DNA of 64,000 nucleotides from Octopus sinensis. Taxonomy: Eukaryota. The notes under the pieces are model-generated. The model searched no databases. It was not told the DNA's origin and saw nothing but the letters and a program-made list of their open reading frames with translations. This document shows, in pieces, positions 37,800 to 49,386 of the stretch (positions are counted from its first letter, which is position 1; the number at the start of each line of letters is the position of its first letter). The stretch spans positions 34,224,001-34,288,000 of the forward strand of contig NC_043009.1 of the NCBI RefSeq assembly GCF_006345805.1. The letters run 5' to 3'. Position numbers and translations under genes: made by a program.

Positions 37800-37967
37800 T
37801 ATACAACGGGCTTCTTTCAGTTTCCGTCAACCAAATTCACTCACAATGCTTTAGTAGGCCCGAGGCTATAGTAGAAGACACTTGCTGAAGGTGCCATGCA
37901 GTGGGACTGAACCCGGAACCATGTTGTTGGTAAGCAAGGTACTTACCACACAGCCACTCATACGCCT
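37800..37967 (-). mobile_element. SINE 5' half
   Basis: 6203-6624 family. Confidence 0.85.
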
Positions 37968-38219
37968 ATGGTAGTAAGTAAATGTGTTTTAAAAAAGATT
38001 TTGAAAAAACAGTTTGTAGGGAATAAATGTTTAACTGTTGATTGTATTTGAAAAAGATTGACAGGTATGTGTATGTATGTGTGTATTTGTATGTATGTAT
38101 GAGTATGTATTCTCTGTCCATATATGGTAGCAAGTAAATGTGTTTTAAAAAGGATTTTCAAAAAACTAACAGTTTGTAGGGAATAAATGTTTGACTGTCA
38201 ATCATATTTGAAAAAGATG
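37968..38219 (+). repeat. ~95-bp local duplication (37968-38060, 38124-38219)
   Basis: tatggtag.aagtaaatgtgttttaaaaa..cagtttgtagggaataaatgttt..tatttgaaaaagat occurs twice. Confidence 0.85.
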
Positions 38220-38739
38220 TGTTGCTATTTATTTTCTTTGTTGTTATTTTGGTGAAGGACGGTGTTAGAAATGGGAAGTGAACTTACAATTCCCGCCAAT
38301 TAAAATGAGGTCATTGGTAACCATAGGTACATATATATGTGTAGATATATGTGGGTATTTACGTAAGATTGGTAGTCTGTCTGTTTGACTCTCACTGTTT
38401 CTCCTTCCTTTCTGTCTTTTTTCTTGGATCGTTCGTAAACATTCATAAAAGAAAGTAGCAGGTTAAAGGAATGGTAGTAGTAAGAGTAAATCACATTGTA
38501 TTAGAGGCAAAATGGTTATGTATGTAGTTTTATCGATTTTTTTTTTTTTTGTAATTGGGAGTTATTTTGACCAAAAAATGCCCCTATGACTCAAGTTATG
38601 GTATTTAGAATATTAATTCCGATTTTTTCATCCACAAAATTTGGAATTGTGTAAATGTATGAATTTTCAACATACATACACACACAGAGAAAATCTGCCT
38701 TTTATAGATAAGATATATATATATATATATACATACACA

Positions 38740-38970
38740 CACATATATATGTATATATTTGTGTCTGTGTTTATCCCCCCCCCCCCAACATTGCTTGACA
38801 ACCAATGCTGGTGTGTTTATGTCCCCGTAACTTGGCAGTTTGGCAAAATAAACCAATAGAATAAGTGCTAGGCTTACAAAGAATAAGTCCTGGGGTCAAC
38901 TTGCTCAACTAAAGGCAGTGCTCCAACATGGCTGCAGTCAAATGACTGAAACAAGTAAAAGAATAAAAGA
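38740..38970 (+). mobile_element. SINE 3' half
   Basis: 6203-6624 family. Confidence 0.85.
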
Positions 38971-38989
38971 ATGTGTGTGTGTGTGTGTA

Positions 38990-39950
38990 TTGTCATCATC
39001 ATCATCATTTAATGTTTGTTTTCCAAATTGGCATGGATTGGATGGTTTGACAGGAGCTGGTATGGCTGGGGGCCACACCAAGCTCCATTGTCTGTTCTGG
39101 CATTGTTTCTATGGCTGGATGCCCTTCCTAATCCTACCACTTTACAGGGTGTACTGAGTGCTTTTTATGTAACACTAGCACCAGTGCATTCTACATGGCA
39201 CCAACACCAGTATATTTTTCTGCTGTGATGGATGGGTCTTCTTGAGTACAGCAAGGCACTAGATATCTTGGTCCTTTGTCATCTCCTTCGTAAGGCTCAA
39301 TGTCTTTAGATCAGCCTTTAGTACTGTGTCTTCCTGGGTCTCCCTCTTCTACAAGTTCCATCCACATTAAGTGCTCAACTCTTCTGTATGCAACTGTCTA
39401 CATCCATATGCATCACATGACCAAACCAATACAGTGTTCTATCTTGCATTCTGCATCTAATTCCTCTCATGCCAAACTTTTCTCTCAATACACTAGTGCT
39501 CTGTAGTACATGCACACTGATTTTGCATGTCCAGTGGTGCAGGCTATCTTCATTCCTCTCTAGTCTTTGTATATCCTCTGCATTCAGGTCCCATGTCTTA
39601 CTACCATGTAGCATTGCTGTTCATAAACATGCATTATACAGCCTTTCTTTCACTCAAAAGAAGAGACATTTCATTGCTAACAGAGGTAAAAGTTCTCTGA
39701 ATTTTCTCCATCCTATTCTTATTGTAGCAATTACACTTTCCATGCATCCACCCCCCTTGCTAATTAGGTTCCCTAGGTTACAGAAATGATCCACTACCTC
39801 TAAAGAGCCTCCAGGGTATTTGAGAAAATCAATTTCTTAAGTATCTATAGTTTTTATGGCTCCTATGCACCTTCCATATACAAAGACTACTTTCTCTGAT
39901 AACCTTTGTACTATTCCATTGCACCTCTTGTGTGTCCTTAGCTTACACAG
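38990..39950 (-). mobile_element. RTE LINE 3' fragment
   Basis: MLHGSKTWDLNAEDIQRLERNE..LYWFGHVMHM. (GAT)n tail at 38992-39006. Confidence 0.85.
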
Positions 39951-40018
39951 GGTATATCATACACACACACATGTATGTATGTATATGTGTATATATGTAT
40001 GTATGTATATGTATATAT

Positions 40019-40093
<75 letters not shown>

Positions 40094-40094
40094 T

Positions 40095-40503
40095 CATTTG
40101 CTTGTTTCAGTCATTTGACTGTGGCCATGCTTGAGCACCGCCTTTAGTTGAGCAAATTGACCCCAGGACTTATTCTTTATAAGCCTGGTACTTATTCTAT
40201 CGGTCTCTTTTGCCGAACCGCTAAGTTACGGGTACGTAAACACACCAGCATCAGTTGTCAAGCGATGTTGGGGGGCTGGGGGTGATAAACACAACACACA
40301 AATATACACATATATACGACGGGCTTCTTTCAGTTTCCGTCTACCAAATCCACTTACAAGGCTTTGGTCGGTCCGAGGCTATAGTAGAAGACACTTGCCC
40401 AAGGTGCCACGCAGTGGGACTGAACCCGGAACCATGTGGTGGGTAAGCAAGCTACTTACCACACAGCCACTCCTATGCCTTACTACACAGCCACTCCTAC
40501 GCC

Positions 40504-40505
<2 letters not shown>
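40095..40505 (-). mobile_element. SINE, full length, with duplicated head
   Basis: 6203-6624 family. acacagccactcct occurs twice at 40461-40500. Confidence 0.9.
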
Positions 40506-40535
<30 letters not shown>

Positions 40536-40742
40536 TAAGGGTAGAAATTGATATTTATCAATTAAGACCAGTGGTCTAGCATATTAAAAAAGAATCCGAA
40601 GATTAAAATATTTTTCACTTGTTTATTGCTATGGTTTTGTGTTGAGTTTGATCTGAGAACATAATCTTTTGTGGTGAATGGCGATTTGACGTCTATATCT
40701 AGCATGTTGACTGTCCACTTTTCGTGTTCAGTCCTTAATTGG

Positions 40743-40774
<32 letters not shown>

Positions 40775-40780
40775 GTATAA

Positions 40781-41173
40781 AAGAAACAAGTTAAGAATAA
40801 AGGTCATTACTTATAATTCCTTTATCAGAGCAAATTTGGCTTACAGCTGTTTCCAGTAGTCATCATAGGTACATTATTACCGATAGGTTTACTCAATTGG
40901 TCTATTAATCAACTGAGGTAAATTGAACAACCTAAGAAAATTAATACTATTTTCATTAGAGCTATTTCTGGAAAAAAAATTTTTTCCAGAAATGGCTCTG
41001 TCAAAAGTAGCATTAATTTTCTTGAGTCGTTCAATTTACCTCAGTTGATCGATAAACTAATTGAGTAAACCTATCAGTAATGTAACTATAATGAACACTG
41101 GAAACAGCTGTAAGCCAAATTTGCTCTGATAAAGGAATAATATGTAATGACTGTTATCTTTAACTTGTTTCTT
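40781..41173. repeat. ~390-bp palindrome with essentially no spacer
   Basis: Arms aagaaacaagtta..ttcctttatcagagcaaatttggcttacagctgtttccagt..ttctggaaaaa and their reverse complement. Centre near 40978. Confidence 0.92.
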
Positions 41174-41400
41174 ATATATCACTGTAAAAACCAGTTCATC
41201 TGGAGCCCATCCAAGGATTTGCAATATAGAATTGTAATGAACCATAACTTGGAACCCTACCAAAAGAATACTTGGAGTTCTTTAATAACCTAACTAATAT
41301 TGTTAGTCTGGTGTGCCAACAGGGAACTTATGAATTATTTTGCCTGGATTGATAATTCCTCACTATTTCTTCTTTATATATACATATGTATATATATATA

Positions 41401-41563
41401 CTTTATTTAAAAGCAGCAGAAATTTAACAAAAGCTGTTACTCAGAGTTTCACGTTCCCGTTCGTTGGATAGTTTTGTTCTATTTTAGCAAAACTGTCTGA
41501 CGAACGGGAACGTGAAACTCCAAGTAACAGCTTTTGTTCAATTTCTGCTGCTTTTAAATAAAG
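41401..41563. repeat. Hairpin, 76-bp arms (41401-41476/41488-41563), 11-nt loop
   Basis: Direct reverse-complement match with a few substitutions. Confidence 0.92.
41489..41535 (+). ncRNA. Type I hammerhead ribozyme motif with canonical core
   Basis: AAAA CTGT CTGACGA ACG GGAA CGT GAA ACT CCA AGT A ACAG C TTTT. All conserved core nucleotides present, stem II capped by a GNRA loop, GUA triplet (H17 = 41526). Confidence 0.7.
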
Positions 41564-41632
41564 CATATTACTCTGCCTCTGGTATTTGAGTACTCTTTTT
41601 TCTACCTTGTTTCACATTTATGTGCTTACTCC

Positions 41633-41672
<40 letters not shown>

Positions 41673-41760
41673 TAATCCAAACAAGAAAGCACAAAAAAAC
41701 ACAACAATGCGAGGATGTGGAACAAATATAGTATTATTGGACGCTAAGGAAAGAAGGAGG

Positions 41761-41795
41761 GTTTAACGTTTCGAGCGGAGCTCTTCGTCGGAAAC
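41761..41795 (-). ncRNA. Minimal hammerhead-like motif
   Basis: GTTT CCGACGA A GAGC TCC GCTC GAA ACGT T AAAC. 4-bp stem I and ACGU palindrome. U4 is C and there is an extra A after A9. Confidence 0.5.
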
Positions 41796-41959
41796 ATAGG
41801 AGAAGGGAAGACAGAGGAAAATAAATTGCCAACATATATATATATATATTATCTTAAAATTAAAAAAAAAAAACACAATCTTGTAAATACAGCTTTCCGA
41901 GTTTCCTGGTCAAAGTAATAATTTATTCAGCTATTTATCAAGCTGAAAACAAGACCATT

Positions 41960-42240
41960 TAGTTCAAATTTACAGAACACAAAAGACAAAGACAGGTGTA
42001 GGAACAACAAGCAGGTATATTATTTTAATGCTTTAGAAAAATGGAAAAGTCTTTTACATTTTGCGCCTACGCTTTTTGACAGAAAGGGTTAAGACGAAAA
42101 AATGGAGAGAGAATGAAAATGAAAAAATGGAGAGAGAGAAACTGTGTAGAGTTCAGCAGTCCAACATGGTGAGATAACTGGAAAAAAAAAAGTTGAATGA
42201 AAGGGAGATAATAATAAAAATAGTAATGGTGACCCCAATG
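41960..42240 (-). mobile_element. PLE-like terminal fragment with decayed HHR-like motif (42051-42086)
   Basis: cttt CTGTCAA A AAGC GTAG GCGC AAAA TGT A AAAG. Confidence 0.45.
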
Positions 42241-43164
42241 AACTAAGTTGTACAAGCATGTGCATGTATGAGGGAATGGTGTGTGTGAATGTGTGGGTGT
42301 GAATGGGGGCCAGGGAGTCTAACGTGTGTGCACATGTGTAGTTGTGTATGTGTGTGTGAGACCAAATAGTGTGCATGTATATTTGTGGGTGAAAGTTATC
42401 TTTGTCTATGCGTGTTGTGTGTGTGTGTGTGTATGCATTCAGATATTATATGCTTGTGTGGATGTGGGAGTATATATTGTCTGTGCTCTGATTTCAGATT
42501 GAGGTCAGCATTGCCTTTCATCTTTTCTAGGTCAATAAAGAAAATATCAGCTGAGTGTTGGTAAAAACCATCTCTCTTTCCAGCTCTCACATTCTGGATG
42601 TTCCACTGGGTTAAAGAGAACCAAGAGACCGTTTATGCCTACTTTTGATTATATGAACAAACAATAAGCAAAAGAATGGTTACATCCTACTCAATCATCC
42701 TTGATTCTAAGTGACAGCCATTGTTTTGACTACAACTTATACTCACATCAGATATGATGATGGTTACACCAAATATCTTGTTAATTATAAGCTTTATATG
42801 GCATTGTGGCATCATTACATCTTTCAAAGCTAATAGTATGTTGTTGGAGGTTACACCCTTATTTGTTCTTTAAAATACAAGTGCTAAGAATATAAGTTCA
42901 GAATTCTTATCCACAGTTTGTTACAAGAAAAATTTAAGAGTATCACTAAATTAAAACTGGTCTCAGTTCTTGACTGTTCTTTATTTTATCAACTCTGAAA
43001 GGTAAAATGACTAAGTTAATCTCAGTGGCATTTCAACACAGAACATTAAGGGCTGGAACTAATTAGCAATAATTCTGCCAGTTTAATGCTCTTTTGATTA
43101 AAATGGTTGTTCTAATGGTAATTTCATATACAGAACATTATTGAGGTATTCATACTATTTTTTT

Positions 43165-43630
43165 TTTTTTACTTCTACTTGTTTCAGTCATTGGACAGCA
43201 GCCATGATGGGGCATTGCCTTGAAGGGTTTAGTCAAACAAATCAACCCTAGTGCTTATTATTTTTAAACCTGGTACTTATTCTCTTGTTCTCTTATGCCA
43301 AACCACTAAGTCATAGGGATGCAAAGAAACCAATACCATATTGTCAAGCAGTTGTGGAAGACAAACACAAACACAGACACATAAATAGACTTTATTCGTA
43401 TAAATATATTCTTTATTTTATTCTTTTTACTTGTTTCAGTCATTTGATTGCAGCCATGCTGGAGCACCACTTTTACTTGAACAAATTGACCCCAGGACTT
43501 ATTCTTTGTAAGCCTAGTACTTATTCTATCGGTCTCTTTTGCTGACCACTAAGTTACAGGGACGTAAACACACCAACATCGGTTGTCAAGCGATGGTGGG
43601 GGGACAAACACACACATACACACACACAAA
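43165..43630 (-). mobile_element. Two tandem SINE 3' halves
   Basis: cttgtttcagtcatt..gcagccatg at ~43178 and ~43430. Confidence 0.8.
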
Positions 43631-43635
43631 CACAT

Positions 43636-43686
<51 letters not shown>

Positions 43687-43691
<5 letters not shown>

Positions 43692-44770
43692 CTTCAGGAT
43701 CAGGGCTAAATGGATGCCCAGAAGACGACCAGCAAGGAGAAGAAGGGTCTGGAGACTTAAAGCTCCTGCAAATGGACAGAGATTTAGAGACATATTACTC
43801 GAAGCCTTTGACGAAATAGAAGGGGATATAGCTTCACATGGTGTAGAAGACAACTGAAGGTTCCTACAGGACAACCTGCTAAGGGCAACTGACCAGATCT
43901 GTGGGTGGTGCAAAGTCCCCTCTTGACCCAAAATAACGTGGTGGTGGAACAATGTTGTTGACAGGGCTATTAGACAAAAGAAACAGGCTTGGAGGGACTG
44001 ACTGGAAGAATGGTGGTAGCAGGGAAGTGTATCAGACTGCCAGAAGGGAAGCTAGGAGGCAGGTTTATTTAGCCAGAGGGGAAGTAGATAAGAAAAAATT
44101 TGCCAATGTTCTGCACCGTGAGGACCAAAGACTTGAGGACTGAGGTATTTCGTGTTGCAAGACAGTGTGTGAGAGAGAATCGTGATGTTGTAGGAGAGAA
44201 ATGTGTTCGCATGGATGATGGTTCACTTGTGCTAAATGTGGCTGCAAAGAGAGAGGTTTGGAGACGCCACTATGAAAGGTTGCTGAATAAAGAAAATGAG
44301 TGGGAGAAAGAGAGTCTGCCGAATATCGACCCAACAGAGGGATCAGCTATCCGAGTTGACAGTACCTTGATAGATAAGGCAATTAGAAGTATGAAGACAA
44401 GGAAAGCCCCCTGCCCATCAGGAATTACTGCAGAGATGCTCAAAATATCTGACAGTGTTGGCTATAGCCTAGTCACCCATATAGTTAGCCAGGTGATACA
44501 CAAAGGAGTCATACCCAATGACTGGTGTAGCAGCATAATAGTCAACTGCTACAAAGGTAAAGGTGATGCTTTAGATACAAATAATTACAGAGGTATCAAG
44601 CTGTTGGATCAGGTAATGAAGGTTACAGAGAGGGTCATAGCCCAACTGATTAGGGAGAGAGTCAGCTTGGATGAGATGCAGTTTGGTTTCATGCCAGAGA
44701 AAAGCACCACTGATGCCATATTTCTGGTAAGACAGCTGCAGGAGAAATACCAAGCCAAAGATAAGACTCT
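43687..44770 (+). mobile_element. RTE LINE internal fragment (linker and RT N-terminus)
   Basis: TWWWNNVVD, KAPCPSGITAEMLK, PNDWCSSIIVNCYKGKGDALDTNNYRGIKLL and QFGFMPEKSTTDAIF. Confidence 0.92.
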
Positions 44771-47690
44771 TAATTGAACACCAAAATGTGAAATCCAACC
44801 TGATATGAGGGCTTGCACCACTGATTCTGCACTGATATTGACCAGAAGGGTGGCTTCAGGCCAACATGGAAAGCAGTCAATACAAGTAAGTATATAAGTG
44901 AATCCTCGACTAACCGGCCAAGAACCAACCAAATTAATATGGATGTGTTGGAAACAAGCGTCCAGATTTTTGAAGTGCTGAGAGGTGCACAAACATGTCT
45001 GTGTACTTTAGAGCACTGGCATTGCAAACAAGCAGTAATATTCCATCGCAAATTTGGCCAGAAAAAATGAGCTGTAATAAGCTTTACTGAAGACACTATG
45101 CCAGGATGTGACAAGAGGTGCAAAGTGCTAAAAACAGTCCGACAATGAGATTCAGGAATGAAAGGATGAGGTAGACCTGTAGTAACCTTACATAAAATAT
45201 CTCAGTCAGCAGTTAACAAGGGTAGGTGGTTGAATTTACAATTTGCAAATTCAACTGACAAATGTCCAATGAAGCTAAAGAAGATTGGTCAGCAGCTAAT
45301 GTGATCAAGTCAATCGAAGAAGTAGATGACAACAAACAGGCTGTAGATACAATAAACCATCAGCAACCACATTATGGGAGCTGGAGATATGCTGGATATC
45401 GCCACAAAATTGCAAGATAAAATCAGGATGCAGCATCTCTCTAGGCAAGTATTTAATCTGACTTTGAATGTAAGGCAAAAGTAAGAGGTTTATGATCTGT
45501 AAATATAGTGAAATCTCTTCCCTCGAGAAAATGACACAAGTGTTTGACAGCTAGGTAAATCGCTAAGTTCTCTGCCAGAAGTGCTATAGCATGTCTTGGC
45601 TGGCAAGAATAGAATGCCAAAGGTTGTAGATTTTCTTAATGAGGTTGCTGTAATACAGCATCAACAGCAAGTAAAAGCTTTTCATCAGATTTGGGGTGTG
45701 CCAATAACAATACTTTAGCAAGCTCATTTTTGACAGTTTCAAAAATCTCGGTAAGTGACGGTGATAGGGAGATAACCTCATTCTTTTTCTTGTGGTCCTT
45801 CAAGAGATTAGTGATGGGGACCAATTTTTCCGCACAGTGTGGGATAAATGTTGGTAAAAATTTACCAATTCCAGGAAATGGTGAAGCTGCTTAAGAGAAG
45901 TGGGAGCAAGAAGATTCTGAATAGCTTGTACCTTCTTTGGAATGGGTCAAATACCATCGTCATCAATGATGTGACCCCAAAATTCCAAAGATGAAGAACC
46001 AAATACACACTTGGGATAGTAATTTCCACTTGGTAGTCACTGAGACGCTGGAAAAGCAGCGTTAGATGCTGAATATGTTCCTCCTTAGAAGAACTGATGC
46101 TGAGTAAGTTATTGATATAAGCATAGGCGAAGTCCAAACCATGAATGACTTCACCTATAAACCTCTGGAATGTGCTAGCGGTATTCCACAAACCAAAAGG
46201 GATGGAAAGAAATTCAAAGGAACCAAAAGGTGTAGTGACAGCAGTTATTGGTATGTCATCCAAGTTTTTGATGATATGCCCGGGTGAGGTCAAAAATGGT
46301 GCATCCATGCAAGGTGGAAGAAAAATCTGGCAGGTGCATAATGGGATATCTATCCGGTAGTGTAATAGTATTTAACTGCCTGTAGTCCCCGACTGGACGA
46401 AAATCAGTAGATCCTTTTCGAATCAAATGAAGGGGTGAAGAACAGTGGCTAGTTGAAGGATGAATAAACCCCAGCTGCAGCGTGTGGTTAAATTCGAATT
46501 TCACAGCCTTGTTTTTATCTGGAGGTAAATGTCGAGGACGAGCAAAATCTGGTGGACTGGTAGTATTGATGAAATGCCTCGTAGAGTGGACAGGATTACT
46601 CATATGGAAATTTAGGTCGGTCAGCTCAGGAAAAGAATTCAAATGTGTGTGATATGTATCACCCGATACAGCAATGAAAAACAACAGGCTTACAGTGGAT
46701 GTAACTGCTCTGCAACCAGGAATCAATAAATCTGTTGCTATCCAACAAACACTGTCTACGATCATCCACGAGAAGTGGTGGAGGAAATCTGCCCCAAGAA
46801 TAGGGTAAGGCAGGTTGGCAATCATGAAGATCCATTTGAAGTCTCTTCGGAGTGCCAAATCCAGGGAGAGAGATATCTGTCTGAATAGGCAAACAATTGA
46901 TGGCTTGGAGTGAAATTTGTGTGAAAGGAGGCCTATTCGTGACAAACTTCACTGGCCATAAGCTGCAGGAAGTACCTGAGTCAACTAGAAAATGTTTATG
47001 TGAGATGTGGTCTTTGATTAAAAAAAATGCACGATTTGTAGTAGAGCTGCAGGGAACGACTGACGTGCTCAGCATCTTCCGAGTTAGTTATTCTGGTGAG
47101 CATAAGAACATGGTGGAATGCATTTCTGCACCTTTGCACACCAAAATGGTCATGGTACCAACAAAAAGCATGTGGCGAGGTGAGAAACGAAGAACGCCAG
47201 CCATGACTGGTTGAACGACTGTGATACTGGAAACTTCAGGATGAACACAACCTCTAGACTTGCTTGGTCAGGTTTAAAATAGCTTCTAGAATTGCCAACT
47301 GAGTAGATCTGCTGTTGGCTGGAGCTGTAGCCGTTGATGAAGAAGAAAACGTGGCAATGACTCAGTTGGCTGCAGGCAAATTTCCTGAGAATTGCATAAT
47401 TTTATCAGCTGAATTACTGATCTGGTCTACTGAATTCCCTCAACAATGGGTGCCAAAATTGCTTGAACATGAGTGATTAGGTGCAAGAAAAATAGCTGCT
47501 TAAGAAGAGAGATGTCTTCTAGAGATACGTCTGTTAGGTTGCAAATGCAATAAAGAAATTCTGTTGGTCTTCTGTTTCCCAAATGTTCATCATTGATGAG
47601 TGTAAAAATAGCGCTCGACAGAAAGAGATGTCCTACTGAGTACTTCATGCTTGATAGATGAATAAATGGCATAATCAGGTTCAACTGCTG
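44771..47690 (-). mobile_element. Ty3/Gypsy (CsRn1-like) internal region, dead; no LTRs seen
   Basis: Order gag (LGNRRPTE..LKQLFF) - protease (FLVDSG) - RT (FRPVGDYRQLN, PFGLWN, YINN for YxDD) - RNase H - integrase (HPGI..WPNL..CLQCQ, HIHINLVG). Confidence 0.9.
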
Positions 47691-47714
47691 TACTCTTTTG
47701 CCACAACTTTCCCT

Positions 47715-47906
47715 AATTCTTTCTTTCTTTCTGTTTTTGTTGTACCTGTATTTTGAAGGGCCAGACTTGTGACACTCTGTGTCATGCTGAACTACATTAA
47801 GGGTACATGTGTCTGAGGAGTGCTCAGCCACTTGCACGTTAATTTCACGAGTAGGCTGTTGCGTTGATCAGATCAACTGGAACCCTCATCGTTGTAACCG
47901 ATGGAG
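47715..47906 (-). mobile_element. Unclassified dispersed repeat cutting the Gypsy gag
   Basis: Break in gag homology. The sequence tgtggtactccatcggttacaacgatgagggttccagttgatc resembles a common octopus repeat (from memory). Confidence 0.4.
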
Positions 47907-47953
47907 TACCACATCATATATATATATATATCTATCTATCTATCTCTCTCTCC

Positions 47954-47987
<34 letters not shown>

Positions 47988-49386
47988 CAGACTTCTTTCA
48001 GTTGCCAGCTACCAAACCCACTTACAAGTCTTTGTTCACCCTGGGACTATAGTAAAAAACACTTGTAATGGTTGTTGTTAAGGTGTTGGTTGCCAGTATG
48101 CAAGATGGAAGAAGAACAGCAATCGAAATTTTAAACAAATACTTATTTACTGTTACTTCGTATAATGCCTTGCTTCAATGGGCAAGTGTGTGTACCATAC
48201 AAAAACAATATCTATCTTTTCTTGTATGCGGCTGCTGGTTATGTTAGGTCAACTGCTAGATGCCTAACTAGGAATTAGAGGAAAATAGAGTGAATGTTAA
48301 GTGTAGGAAGTCGATAAAATTCATTGTGCCTGACATTTAAACAGCTATGGTGTTATGAGACACTGAATCATAGTTGACATTCTCACTGTAAGCCTCTCTC
48401 AGTTGAAATATCTCACTAACTAGATTCTGCCTGTGGTCGCCTCCACATCATCTCCTTTTTGCCAACTAACCATTTCCTACAGTGGTTTTAGTATTTATAA
48501 TTTTCCAAACTAGTTAGAAGGAGAGACATATTGTTGAGAATGATAGATTTCGTTGGTGGTTTGTTATCTCTATCCTAGTTTTTGGTGGCCTAGAAGAGGT
48601 TAGAAGGGTCAAGTGGCTAAGACATTATTCTGCTTAGCGAAGGCATCTGGCAAATGTAACTGCTGTCACTCACAGAAAAAACTATTGTTTTACCGTGAGA
48701 AAAGTGTTGTTGAGCTGTTAAGTGAAATTTGGCTATCAAAGGTTGAATCCATGCCATGCCTGCATGAACCATTACATCACTTTCCCCTCCAGAGAGGTTC
48801 CAGGAAAAGGAAACGAACGACTGAGGAAGAAAAAGAAGTGCATGGCTGAGGAAAAGTTTTGCATATCTGGAGAGAGGATCATTGTAGTGTATATGGGACA
48901 ATTTTCTATTCAGATAAGTCCGAATACACATTTACCCAAGATGCCATGCAGTGGAACTGAACCCAGAACCATATGGTTAGGAAGCAAACTTCTTACTACA
49001 GAAATAAAATATGTAAAATGACATAATAATATATTAGCATTGATTTCTGACTCAGACATAAGGGCACAGATTTTGGGAGATGCTAGACTGGAGATGTGTG
49101 TTGGTTCAAGCAGTAAGATGGAAGTATGCTTTGGCCAGGTTCCTCACAGGTAAAGAACATAGGTATAAAATCTTGTGTGAAGGCAATAATAATGGGGTAG
49201 GGTGTGTGGGTATTCTTTTAGCTGAGAAATGAGTAGATAAGGTGATTAAAGTGGGCAGAGTGTATGATAGGATACTTACACTTAGACTAGTTTTGCAAAA
49301 TAGAACAGCAACTATTATTTCTGCATATACAACTCGACTGAAATTGCCAGACAAATAAAAAGATCAATTTTTATATCCTTTTGCAG

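Noticed and set aside
48080-48300. 5' LTR/primer-binding site of the Gypsy element
   Set aside because: No matching second LTR and no clear tRNA complement.
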